Source of the DNA: a virus
Lineage: Duplodnaviria > Caudoviricetes
DNA length: 64,000 nt
Strand: one strand, 5' to 3'
Virus record (IMG/VR): IMGVR_UViG_3300016744_000005
Coordinates: 1-64,000 of that record
Under the pieces are notes generated by a model. That model was not told the origin of the DNA. It ran no database searches and was given only the letters and a program-made list of their open reading frames with translations. The stretch's first letter is position 1; every line of letters begins with the position of its first letter. Shown here one piece after another: positions 28,813 to 40,872 of this stretch. Made by a program: the position numbers and the translations under genes.

Positions 28813-30498
28813 ATCCACTCGTTGCTTACGCATTGTATAATTGATGTCATTGGCAGTCCAGTAGCCTTTGCTATCAATCATCGGTGTGGTGAATCGTAGT
28901 GTCGCAGACTCACCATTTACCGGTGTAACACGTACTGTGTGCATGTATGATTTATTAGCTGCATCCACATACGGTTCTACTTGATAGTCGGTAACGATGA
29001 TACCCGCTTTCTGGATACCCATTACTGCACCAATGATGTCTTTAGGCATCACTCGTTCGACATACTGTTTATTGAAATCAGCGGTAGTGGACTTCACCAT
29101 ATTTTTATCTAATATAGTTACATCATCTAACAGTATTTTAGGTTCTATCACCAATTCATGCGGTTGTACATCCAGCATATCCACGAGTTTACCAGGACCG
29201 AATGGATTGTCCAACTCCTGATATTTAGTAGACAATGCTGTAATACGCTTAAACTCTTTCGTGGTCAACATACCTGCTTCGATAAAACGATCACACGCTT
29301 TTATTACCGCTTTATCTAAAGTCACTGGTTGATCGATGTCGATCTCAGGTAGTTCGACTGGTTTCGCTACCACTACCTCGAAGTTCTCATCTTCGACGAT
29401 CGGTTCTGCATCAAACTGTTCGATCTCAGCTTGGATTGCTTCTTCATCTGAGTCATCAGTATCAGCACGCAGGGCAGCAGCATCTGCGATTTCGATTTTA
29501 GCTGTGCCTAATACATCATTAACTAAGCTATTGATATCATCGGCATCACGTTGTGCTGTGATACCATCGATATCCACCTGAGTAGGTTCGTCATCTACCG
29601 GTGTGCTAACAGGATTAGCGCTGATCGTGGTTTGAGTGGTTACCGCAGCAGTGGTGGCTAGTATAGTTGTGGTTTTATACAGACGTAATTGCATCTGTTC
29701 TGGTTTCACCAGACCTTTACCTTCAGCGTTTTTGCGCCAGTAATTTAACTCACCGAGATTCAAGTTGATAAAACGATCTTTGTACACTAACACAAAGTTA
29801 ATACGTTTTAACTGCTCTTCACTAAAACGCGCTAACATAGACTGATCTGAATGTGGTCCTAACCAAGTCCACAGATCCAGATACATCATGATGTTAGAGT
29901 CATGAAACTCTGTTAACGCGATGTTGTCCCGACGGGTTTCTGCCCGACGGAATTTAACTACTGCTGGGATGATATCCGGTACGTTTAATACGATAAAGTT
30001 TTGACGCTCGTATTTAGCAGTATCTACTAACATCCGTGACATCACGGTGTTGTAAGTATTGTACCAACGATCATACCAACTCATTAAAGTCGTTTGGTAA
30101 CGGTATTTACGTGCCAGTAACGCATAGTTTTCTACCAGTAAGGTACGTGGGTCTTTCTGTACCAAAGCATCTTCCCGTAGTCTACGCAGTTTCTTATTGA
30201 TACGGTGATACTGTACTACATCACGCTCTAACGGCGCAGTTAAAGGAATAGGACGACCGATAGTGCCTTCTGCATACTGGACTACGTGATTTACCAGTAC
30301 GAGCTTCTCGGCTTTGTCAATCATCGGTAAGGTCTGTGATGGACCTACTTCAGTAACGTCAGATGGAATATAATGAAAGATACTCCCACGTGGGAACTCC
30401 ATCAGTGCCACAGAGGCAGTACGTGGAGCACCGAATTGTTGCAGGCGAATCACTGTAAACATTCGGTTAAAGTTTTTAAGTAACATTGACATAGCCAT
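28813..30498 (-). CDS. virion RNAP beta subunit (gp178-like), exon 1
   Basis: 562 codons ending YTMRKQRVD; spliced product ~1413 aa. Confidence 0.85.
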
Positions 30499-30519
30499 AT
30501 TCCTTCAGTAGTTAGGAGA

Positions 30520-30696
30520 CTACTGAGGGTCTCCTAACAGATTATGTAAAGTACGCATGATCGTATCAGTTTCGATATCGATCGTTAAAGTGTTATCACC
30601 ATTTATCCAGTAGCTTGCAGTAGACATTAGTCTGCGATTCTCAGCTAAGGATTCATCGGTATACACAGTATCTGCAGAACCAGTGTCCCCATCAAA
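30520..30696 (-). CDS. virion RNAP beta' catalytic subunit (phiKZ gp180-like), exon 2
   Basis: Begins FDGDT, completing the DFDGD Mg-binding motif. Confidence 0.88.
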   Translation of the reverse strand, partial: FDGDTGSADTVYTDESLAENRRLMSTASYWINGDNTLTIDIETDTIMRTLHNLLGDPQ

Positions 30697-32543
30697 CGGG
30701 TGTTCAGCAAAGACGCAACTCTTCACCAGTTCTCTCCTCTCGTACTCACTACGAGCAGGGAACTTCCCGTCCATTACAGACGGATACCAGACTATTTCTT
30801 CACCCTCCTAGAGGGGCCTTCCACTTCGAACAGTCGTAAGCTTACTGCTCTACTCCCCGCAACGGGATAGTCGTTGAACATTCCGCACGTGTGTTAACAC
30901 CTGAGCGGTTTAGCTGCACTGATTAGCGAATTGTACTCATTTAAGAGCCGACCCTTAGCACCACTCTAACGTGGCTGATTATGTATTAGCATAGGTCATG
31001 ATCAACATTTCTTTCTACCTTTCGGTGACTGTCACGCCCAGTCTTTCGACTCACGTTGTAGTAGTTGAACCTTTACCGCCTTCCTGCAATTCAAAAGGTA
31101 ACCATCTCGGAATTACTCCCGGATAGGACTTCGTAGGAATATATAAAACCGGTTTAAATATAACCAAGGGTGTAATGTTTGTATGGTTTACCGCGACGTA
31201 GGCAATTATTTACCCACGCTTTATCGATACCTAACTCATTTGCAAATTCTTTAATGCTTACATAATCTGTTACTATACCAGTATTCCGATCGGTAACTTT
31301 GATGCGCCTACCCCGCGGTTCGTATTGTAACTCAAACTCACGTAGTTCTTCATCAGTCCATTCGATCCAATCTGTTAAATATACTTTAAACTGAAACTGC
31401 CAACCTTTATAAGGTATCTGGTCACCTGCATGTAATCTTTCAGCTATAATTTTGGTACACGCTTTCAAATAACGGCTCATCGGGTTATATCCAGCAGAGA
31501 TTATTATTTGTTTAGTATGAACGTTTCTAGCTAATACGGTACATATACGCGGATCTGTTGTAATAGGTGTTGGTTTTGGCCTAATTCTAATTTCAGGCCA
31601 CCCAGTTTCATCGTCAGCATATTTAAACTGGTACTTACCATCATAAATGTAGTAATCATTCTTAATACGATTAGTGATAGTCGTTTCAGTTACATTATGT
31701 GCATTACCACATTCAGTACAGCTATAATACTCTTTAACTTCTCCAGTTTCCACATCGCGTACTTTAACACGAATGTTGTCACCTCGAAGACCTGTTTTAA
31801 ATGCGTGAATAATATTCCCGCTGTAATCAGTCCATTCTAGGTTATCTGGGTAGTTATTGTGTTTATCGCCATCTAAATGGTTTACGAGTAAAGAATCTGC
31901 ATTAGCAGGATAACGTAAAAACGTTAGTGCTACTAAACGATGGTGTTGGAAATATCGTTTAGTCCCAGCATCTGTTGTTACCATGGCACGTAAATAGGTG
32001 TTACGTGGTATGTATATAAATGTATTGTTATTTACATCCATAATTTCTAAGGTTTGCTTATTTATAGCGTATTTAGAAAATCCTGGAATGTGATACCATT
32101 CCGAACCTTTGGCAATTGGTATACCTTCATTTGGGTATCGCCATACAAGATTACTAGGATGGACATTTTCACGATTACCATCTACATACATTAACTTAAC
32201 ACGTTGCCATTTACTAAAATCAAAATGTAGTGGCTTATATGCTAATGCGACCAATCGTGTAATTTGATAGAATCTACACGATGTGCCAATAGTGATTTTA
32301 ACAACTTTTCGGTTTCGTTTATCTACTACAGGTGATAGTTGTCTATTCTTCACACAGTCGTAAATTTCACCTTGCTGGTTTATAACATAACGTTTATTAG
32401 CTTGCGGTATAACCATACTTGGTTTATCTATGAAATCTTGTAACATGCCAGACCTCCACTATATTCCACATATAATAGAGACAAAAGCATCAAAATAACA
32501 CTGTAACCCTTGATATTACTGGATTTTATCTATTCACACATTT
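30697..32543 (-). mobile_element. group I intron (1847 nt) inside the DFDGD motif of vRNAP beta'
   Basis: Exon ends GCAGAT (U), intron ends CCCG. P AAUUGCAGGAA, Q AAUCAGUGCAGC, R GUUCAACGACUA, S AAGAAAUAGUC. Splicing gives LGAD|FDGDT. Confidence 0.92.
31154..32446 (-). CDS. intron-encoded HNH homing endonuclease with NUMOD-like modules
   Basis: HRLVALTF...VNHLDGDKHNNYPDNLEW; an earlier degenerate copy (YVDGNRENVHPSNLVW); C-terminal repeats; GGAGG SD. Confidence 0.9.
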   Translation of the reverse strand: MLQDFIDKPSMVIPQANKRYVINQQGEIYDCVKNRQLSPVVDKRNRKVVKITIGTSCRFYQITRLVALAYKPLHFDFSKWQRVKLMYVDGNRENVHPSNLVWRYPNEGIPIAKGSEWYHIPGFSKYAINKQTLEIMDVNNNTFIYIPRNTYLRAMVTTDAGTKRYFQHHRLVALTFLRYPANADSLLVNHLDGDKHNNYPDNLEWTDYSGNIIHAFKTGLRGDNIRVKVRDVETGEVKEYYSCTECGNAHNVTETTITNRIKNDYYIYDGKYQFKYADDETGWPEIRIRPKPTPITTDPRICTVLARNVHTKQIIISAGYNPMSRYLKACTKIIAERLHAGDQIPYKGWQFQFKVYLTDWIEWTDEELREFELQYEPRGRRIKVTDRNTGIVTDYVSIKEFANELGIDKAWVNNCLRRGKPYKHYTLGYI

Positions 32544-33980
32544 ATCTGCTCCCAGCGCTTTGAGATTAGCTGGGTGCGGGATCATGCTCGATACAAACTC
32601 TTCCACGTCCCGTAATGGGAAATCTGTTGCAGGGGTAGCTAGTCGTGTAGACCAGTCTTCTGCTAATTCCCACTCCATTTTAGTACGGACAGTGGTGGTC
32701 AATCTTATAGTGCTCGAATAGGTAGAGCCTTGTCCCGTTACTGGGAATCGCGTGACCAGTGTGAAATAATCATTCCACTTTTCATGCCCACTTAGATACA
32801 GTAACTCGGCATACGTAATTGGCGATACATATTTACGTTGTCTACCAGCGGGTAAATCACGGATATCCGAGAACACCCGGAACTCTTTCCCATCGTTATA
32901 AATTAACGCGAGATAGTGATTACCGATTTTAACTGGTTTATGTCGACCGTCTGGATTACGAAATAGGTTGATGAGTTTCTCAATCCCTTCGTCGGTACCA
33001 AACTTATCGTAGTCGTCTGGTTTGACAAACACGACCTCTTTCTGGTACGTCTTGGCATTTACCAAAAACATCTGTCCATCACTACCAACGATATCGCCTA
33101 AGTATTTGGTGCGTATCGCATGTACTGCAACTGGTAGTAACGATTTCAATCCTTGAAACATACCCACGATGGTATCGGTGGGTTTAACGGCATCTTCACG
33201 TCCCATTACTACCGAGGTAGTATCCATATTGGATAATACGTTACGAGTACCATTGTAGATCTTACGAGCTGCCCATTTACCTCTTAAGAAGCCTTTCTTC
33301 CCTTCGAGCATATCGAAGAAATACTTATAGATCTCGATAAACGATCGCTGCATTGCCCAGCGAGTACTATCCAGTGTCTGGAGATTACTGGTACCAATAC
33401 TCGGTACGATACGAGAGGCTGAAATCAACTTACGGTACATACCGTTAATTTCATTCTCCTGTTCACGTCCGTCTGCAGTGACTTCCAAGTCACGTAATCC
33501 AGCCGGTAATACGATTACAAAACGCGACAGGGCAATATCACGGAACTTATCGATCAGATCGATGGATTGTTGCCGAATCAAACTTTCTGTTTGCTTGGGC
33601 TGGAGTTCATTCCAATGACTAATAAAAAAGCTATAGCCGGTACCAGCACCCTGATCAGTTGGGGAGGCTGGGATAAAGTCTTTTTCTTTTGTATCCCATA
33701 TCGCGTAGCGTGCACCTGACATCACTTCACGATATAACTGTTTTAATTCAAATAACGTAAGGGCTACTACGGGGGAGATAATTTCGATCCCGAGGTCGAT
33801 ATAAGAGAAAGTCGTATCACGACGCTCTGAACCAATCTGACCATACGTTAGTAATGAATACAAACCATCCTCGTGGAAATCTTTGGTCGCACCATGAAAG
33901 GTGTCCAGTGAAGTAGTCGGTCGCAGTGTTTGCACTAAGCGCCGATCTACGTTAAGCAGATAAAAAGATAACCAATTCAT
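32544..33980 (-). CDS. virion RNAP beta' catalytic subunit (gp180-like), exon 1
   Basis: VLPAGLRD, KKGFLRGKW, TRFPVTG, HPANLKALGAD; spliced product ~537 aa. Confidence 0.9.
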
Positions 33981-34002
33981 TTTTTAATTTCCGAGGTTAA
34001 AA

Positions 34003-37000
34003 ATGGCTAAAAAACGCGATGAAATCGATCTAAGCGAGTTTGACCTCGATGACGACTTAGACTTTAATATTGATTTCGACCCACCTCAAGCACCCGTTCC
34101 AGAGGGACGTGATGCGATATTATCGTTACCTAAACATCTGGCGAAAGGCGCATTAAACGCTGCTCGTAGTCCAGGTAAACGGGATGAGATCATACGTAAC
34201 TCACTCCCGAAAGAATATAAAGCTGCATATGAAGCATATGATAGTCTAGCAAATCAAGGTAACAAAATTCTTGGTACTGCCAGAGATGAATATCGTAAAA
34301 CCAAGCAGGAGTTAAAACGCACTGGACGTGATGTTTTACCGGCTATCAAAAACTTCATGCCGAAGAAACTTTACGATAAACTTTTAGAATCTACCAAAGA
34401 ACATAAGTACCAGGAATTCGATGCGCGCTTAGCCGAAATCGAAGGTACGACAGCGAATATCTTCGATCAAGTAAAATCTCAAAACCAGCAACCTGATCGT
34501 CGGATGGTGGATGCAGTTTTACAAGAACGTGCTGAGAAAGAGCTCCGTGAACAATCGAATGATATCAAGCTCAATCGGTTAGTAGATTTAGTACAAGGTA
34601 TCGGACACGATACCGGCCAGGTAGTAGGTTATCAAAATACAGTTACGACCGATTATCGTCGTAAGATGTTAGAGTTAACCTATCGTCAGTATTTTGCTAT
34701 GACTGATCTGGTAGAGGTAACTAAATCCACTGCTGAACGTTCTACCGCAGCATTAGAGACCATCGTTCACAATACTGCATTGCCAGATTATGCCAAAGAA
34801 GAGTTTGGTGAAATCACTGGGGCTTTATTGAAACGTCGTATCGCAGAAGCTATCTCACCAGCTAACCTCTTTAAAGATTATATCAATAAAGTTGGTGAGA
34901 ATATCCAATCGAAGTTTAAAGGGGATCTTTGGCGGTACCCGTGACGCGATCGGTGCTGCGTCGACTATGGCTATGATGGGTGGGTTGACTGGGGATGATG
35001 ATTCACAGTTATCTCCTGGTCAAAAACGCACTAAAGCTATGCAAGGTGGTGCTGAAATCGCCGGTGGGTTTATCTTTGATAAACTCACTAAGAAATGGAT
35101 CAAGAAAGGTACTGATAAATTCCGTGACTACTTAGGTCAAGATAACGCTGTTGCTAATACCGTCCGTAAGGGTGCCTACAACTTAATGAATCTACCCCAG
35201 ATTCTAAATACGTATGCTAAAAACCCATACTACGATGGTGCTGAGGCCGGTGTTATGGGACCGATGGCTAATCTCCTAGGGGATATACTGCCGCAGTTTC
35301 ACGGGCCCAAAGCTAGTTTATCTGATCGTGGCGTAGGCGTTGGTAGTAAACCAGCACCGTGGACCTCTCGTAACGATATGTCCATCAACGAGATCATCCC
35401 AGGTTGGTTGGCTAAGATCAATCAATCTATTCGGGTACTATCGGGTAATGAATCACCATTAGAGCAGTATGATCCAGAGACCCGCTCGTATATTAATACC
35501 AAAGAGATCTCTGGTCGTATACGTAAAACTGTTAATGCTGAACAATCGCGTAAGTGGATACGTCAGCGGGGTAATGAGATCGTTGATAGCTTAGATCCAC
35601 AGAAAGTATTATCTGAAGATGAACGTAAAATCCTGCAGCGTGTAATCGATGAGAAAACACGTAAGGGTGAGAAATTCGATATCCGTGATTTGGCGAACGG
35701 CTTTGATGGATATGGGCAGGCGGGTAATGGGAAAGATCTCTCTAACTTGCAATCTCATTTCTCTAAGATAACGCAAGATGAAGCCAATCTGTATAAACTC
35801 AATATCAGTGCCTCCAACGGTATGAACCGGATGCGCTCTGAGATGGGCTATACACAGCAGTATATCGATGAGATGGTGGATCGCTACGGCGAGGATGCCT
35901 TAGTCCGTGCGAATGTATTCGTCCGTGAAGGTGATCGGTTAGTACCTAATAAAGATCTGTACGATCAATACAGCTCCGTAAAAGGTAATGCCCGCAAAGA
36001 CCCTAATGCTAAAGGTAATATCCATAGTACGTTAAATGCTTTTATACAAAACGGATTTGATCCATCTAAATTCCCACCGGCTAATCCTAACGGACTACAA
36101 CAGCAGTTAAAGCTCACTGAGGACACTGTCCGTAATGGAGTACGGGCTGCGTTCTTTACCGATGAGTTACCGGATCTAGTATCGATCTTAAACAAAGCTA
36201 AGTCAGATACTACCCAAGTAGACCGTGATGATACGTTAACGCCATTAGTCACGAAAATCCACGAGCAGTTAATCGCTAATAACTTATCTGCTGAAGTAGA
36301 ACATATCCTATCGATCTTAGAACTCATCGCTCAGCAGCAGGCGTTAGGCGGCGGTGGTCCAGGTGGTCCTGGTGGTGGTGGTGGTCCATTGCCTAATGGT
36401 GCAGATACACTGTGGGGGCATGCCAAACGTTTAACAGGATTAGGCTTAGCAGGTTTACGTCGTGGTGGTAAAGCATTAAATAGTACCGCTAAGAAAGCAC
36501 GGGATAATTTCCGTAACTCTATTGGTCGTTTATGGCGTGCTACTAATCCACTCGGTGTCGCTCGGTCACTATTCGATACTGCTGGTAAAAGTGTTAAAGC
36601 ACTAGGACAGGGTTTATTAGGACAGTTTGATATCTACTCTGCTGAAGGACAGTTATTACTAACTGCTGCTAAACTAAAAGCAGGTGAGTATTACAACGCC
36701 CGTGGTGAAGTAATCAAATCGATTAAAGATATCGTCGGTGCAGTTTATGACGCCTCTGGTAACGTTATTATCTCTGCAGATGAGTTATCGACTAAACTAA
36801 AAGGTCTGAAGTATCATACCGCGAAAGGCTGGCAACGGTTGATCGTGGGTATCAGTGGATTAATGGGTACGTCTATTAATCGATCGCTAAAGATGCCTAA
36901 GACTGGCTTACAGTTTTTACAGCAGATCGCTAGTAGTGTTACTGGGCACGTAGTAGCTAACCAAGACATTTATGTCAAAGGTGAACGTACCCCTCGGTTA

Positions 37001-40000
37001 TACCATACGTTAATGGTACGTGGACAATACATCTCCCAGAAAACAGGGAAGCTCATTCGGACGATCAAAGACATCGATGGCCCAGTGATTAACCCCCAAG
37101 GTGAAGTCGTTATCTCAGCTGAAGAGATGGCCAAGCCTGATTTCCAACTGGTGGATGTTAAAGGCGTCGCATCACGTACTAACTTTAAGATCCTGGCAGA
37201 TGGGGTAGCTAAAACTGCACGTGCAGCATGGGGGTTAGCGAAACTCCCTTTAAAGGCGATGTTAAAAGGTGGTGCGTTTGCTCGTGATGTATTGATGTCT
37301 GGTGGTGAATGGTTCGCCAAGCTGGTATCTGGGAAAGTCGATTTCTCAGTATCATTCGGTACCTCTAAGGTAGTAGATCGGTTAGATCAGATTTATAAAC
37401 TCTTAGATGATCGACTGAAAGACACCAATATCGATGCCAAAGAGCGTAGTCTAGCTGGTGACGACGATGGTGATGGGGAACGGGATAATAGCTTCCGTGC
37501 GATTTTCAAACGTCGTCGCGAGGCACGTAAAGCTGCTGCTGATGCTAAGTCGGGTACTGCTGGTGTAGCTGGCGATGGGAAAGATAAAAAGGGTAAAGGA
37601 TTATTCGGCTTACTAGGGATGTTGGGTGGTGGACTAATGACTGTCTTTGGCGGTATTAGTAAAACCATGGGCCGTATCTTTATCGATGTTATCGGTAAAG
37701 GTCTAGGTGCAGTGTTCACTAAAGTCTTATTCCCAATCTTTAAAGCCGGTGGTGAATTACTGGGTAACGCATTTACCAAAGTACTGGGTCCGTTAGCTAA
37801 AGGATTAGGTGCTGGCGCTGCTGCGTTAGGTCGTGGTGCACTCGTAGCCGGTGGAGCTGTCGCTAAAGGCGCTGGCAGGGCCATAGCGTGGACTGCTCGC
37901 AACGTCCTATGGAATGGGGCTCGTACAGTGGGCATAGCTGCTATCGGTGCTGTATCAGCTCCTGTGGCGATTGGTGCTGGTATTATCGCTGGTGTGACAG
38001 CGCTAGGCTACGGTGCGTATAAACTCTCACAGCGTAAGTTCAATACTGTTTTAGACCAAATACGTTTTGCGTATTACGGTACTGAGGAGTATGAACGCGG
38101 TGATAATGATGACGCAGCTAAAATCCGTTATCTGGAAAATGAGTTCGGTAAGTTCACCACCTGGGATGGTCAAGGTATCGCTGCCTTGAAAGGGATGTCA
38201 CGTGAGATCATCTTAAAGATCGCCGAAGGTGTTGAGATCCCAGTCAATGACGAAGAAACTAAGACTATGTTCGAACGCTGGATCTTAGGTCGTTTTATCC
38301 CAGTGTATTTGTTGTGGTCTACTCGTGTACGTCAAGTGTTAAATGGCGGTACACTGGAGTCTGTAGCGAAAGAACAGTTCCTCACTCCAAAAGAGCGAAT
38401 GAAATTCATTGAGAAGATCGAACTACCGAAAGATCACCCGATCTATAACGTAGCATTAGGTCCGTTTGAAGATGAAGATCTAATGACCGCTGATGATGTC
38501 GAGTCAATGACCAAAGATATCAAAGATGACCTGAAACGATTAGTCGCAGCCCAGATCACTCCGGATGATGCCAAAAAAATAAAAGAGTCAGGTGGGCAAC
38601 CACTGTTCATGCAATCGGATTTCGGTAAAACCCCGGCCATGACTAATCTCATGGGTGGCACTGCCGTTAAACCGAAAGCTCCTGAACAGAAAGCAGTAGA
38701 CACTAACTCTGTTATGTCACAGACTGGACCTAATAGTTTAGATCAAGCTAATCCTACCATGACCACGGTGAAAACTGGTGGATTGAAAATGGGTCGGCAT
38801 GTCGATAACATCGTCAATGCCTTGGATTCGATACGGTTGAAAACCTATGGCCTAACTACTCTCACGGAAGATCGTTTGCGTCCAATTTACGAATTAGAGG
38901 AGGCAGTATATCCTTTTATTGTTAAAGAGAACGCCGCGTATAAATTCAAAGGGGATCTACAACGTATCTCTAATGACTTCCAGTCGAAGTTTGGTTATCC
39001 GCCAGCTGCTAACACAGTAGATGCACCACCTACTGAATTTACTTTGTGGTTAACCAGTCGGTTTATCCCCACACTAGTACAGTACATCATGCTGGTGCGT
39101 ACACTGGTGCCTAATGCGAATCCGTTTGGCTTAGTAATATCGTCAGCCACTGGTGGTCTGTATGATATCGGTATCGGTACGCGTGATACCAAATACGAAG
39201 CTGATAAAGATTTCATTACCGTGTGGTCAGTACCATCTCGACCATTTGCAGATATGCCGAGTCCTAACAACGATCCACGCTCGTGCGATGGCAATATCGA
39301 TTATTTACTGCGGTTACGTAAAGAGTTTGAACTCAAACAACAAACCTCCAGCGAAGACAGCAATAAAGTCGTATTGATAAACGACCTGAATAAAGCTACA
39401 GATACTTCTAAACGTGGTATGGGTAGTAACGGTTCCTTTGGTACTGATTTAGGTCGTTCAGTGATGGGTGATAAACGGTATGATGGTTCTAGTCAGGGTG
39501 GTGGGTATAGTGGTGCTACGGAAGGTGCTGCTGAGTCGGTGAACATGGGTGGGTATGTGGATTCGCCGGTGGGTGAGCGTGGCGAGGGTGGTTATTATGA
39601 CATCCGTGCTAAGGACAAATCCAAAGCATCGATGGTGGAGGTGATTAAGCAGGTCGCTAAACTCACAGGTGTCGACGAGGGTTTATTACTATCGGTGGCC
39701 ATGGCTGAGTCATCACTGGACCCGAATGCGGGGGCTAAGACATCATCAGCTAAAGGGTTATTCCAGTTCTTATATGGTAAACCTAACTCTACTTGGCAGT
39801 TGATGATCAATAAATACGCCAATGAATTCGGTATCCCAGCTAATGCCTCACCGATGGACCCAGTAGCTAACTCGATACTGGGAGCGATGTATATCAAGGA
39901 ATCGATAGAGTCTGCTAAATCGGTGAATGGTGGGAAAGGTGTTACTCCAGCAGATATCTACTTAGGTCATTTCCTAGGTTCCGGTGGACAGCGTAAGTTC

Positions 40001-40810
40001 TTGAAAAACCTCTACGCTAATCCAAACCGAATCGCTGCGGCAGATTTCGGTGGCTTTGCACCTAAGACTCCATCAGGTGCTAACCGATCGATCTTTGCTG
40101 CCGGTAAAGGTGGGGAGGGCGAACCACGGACCTATGCACAAGTGTATAACTTGATGCAGAAGAAAATGCGTAATAACAACAGTATGATCGCTGACCTCGG
40201 TGGATCTACGCTGAGTACTGCTACTGGTAGCACTCCTGCTACAGGTGATACTGCAACGGCTGGTGCACCTACGGATAAAGGCTTAGATAAAGCACCATCT
40301 AATGCCACCGTGTCTAATGCAGTGACTGCGAAAGCAGCTACTGATGCTAAAGCTGGTGTGAAAGCAGCTAATGTTAACGATACAGTCCAACCATCTGGCA
40401 ATACCGCAGTGGATGATAAACCGTATGTTAACAACGCAGTCTCGCAAGCACAGAAAGTAGCAGCTGGCACTGCTGATGCCAATACCATGCGTCAAACGAA
40501 TCGAGATGTGCAAACACAAATCGAAGTCGAGAAAGCGCGTGTAGGAGCAAAAGCAGATTCTACCGTAAAACAAGTAGCAGCTAATCAATATCAGCAAGCG
40601 GTCAGTGCTGATAATTATCTGTTGGATCAATGTAAGTCATTGCGGTCGATTCATCAGGTATTAACCGAGATCTCTGCGAAGATCGCGCCAGGTGGTTTAA
40701 GCCCACAGGCAGCGTTTGCAGGTCAAGGTAGTGCAGCACCTGCGGCACCAGCTAATTATGTGGTGAAACATGATCGTGCACCAATCGACGTGAGTCGAAT
40801 TAAGTCGTAA
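34003..40810 (+). CDS. giant tail-associated lytic transglycosylase (phiKZ gp181-like), broken by a +1 frameshift near 34915-34925
   Basis: The 313-aa and 1972-aa ORFs overlap at TTTAAAGGGGATC; joined length ~2270 aa. Gly/Ala-rich hydrophobic middle; SLT motifs AMAESS...AKGLFQF...IYLGH. Confidence 0.85.
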
Positions 40811-40872
40811 ACCAGTAGGGTAGCCTAGGCTACCCTACTACAATCCTTTATAATGTATGCTACGAGGTTTAA

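Noticed and set aside
30697-30774. Stand-alone 84-aa gene
   Set aside because: The first 26 codons are intron sequence; the remainder is exon 2 of the beta' gene.
27661-32446. Inteins or IS transposases
   Set aside because: The insertions contain stops and group I core elements; no intein splice motifs, terminal inverted repeats or DDE domain.
36349-36385. GGT-rich microrepeat
   Set aside because: Encodes a Gly/Pro linker (GGGGPGGPGGGGG), not an independent element.
35965-40630. Antisense ORFs inside the gp181-like gene, and similar shadows in other long genes
   Set aside because: Shadow frames caused by codon bias of the real gene.
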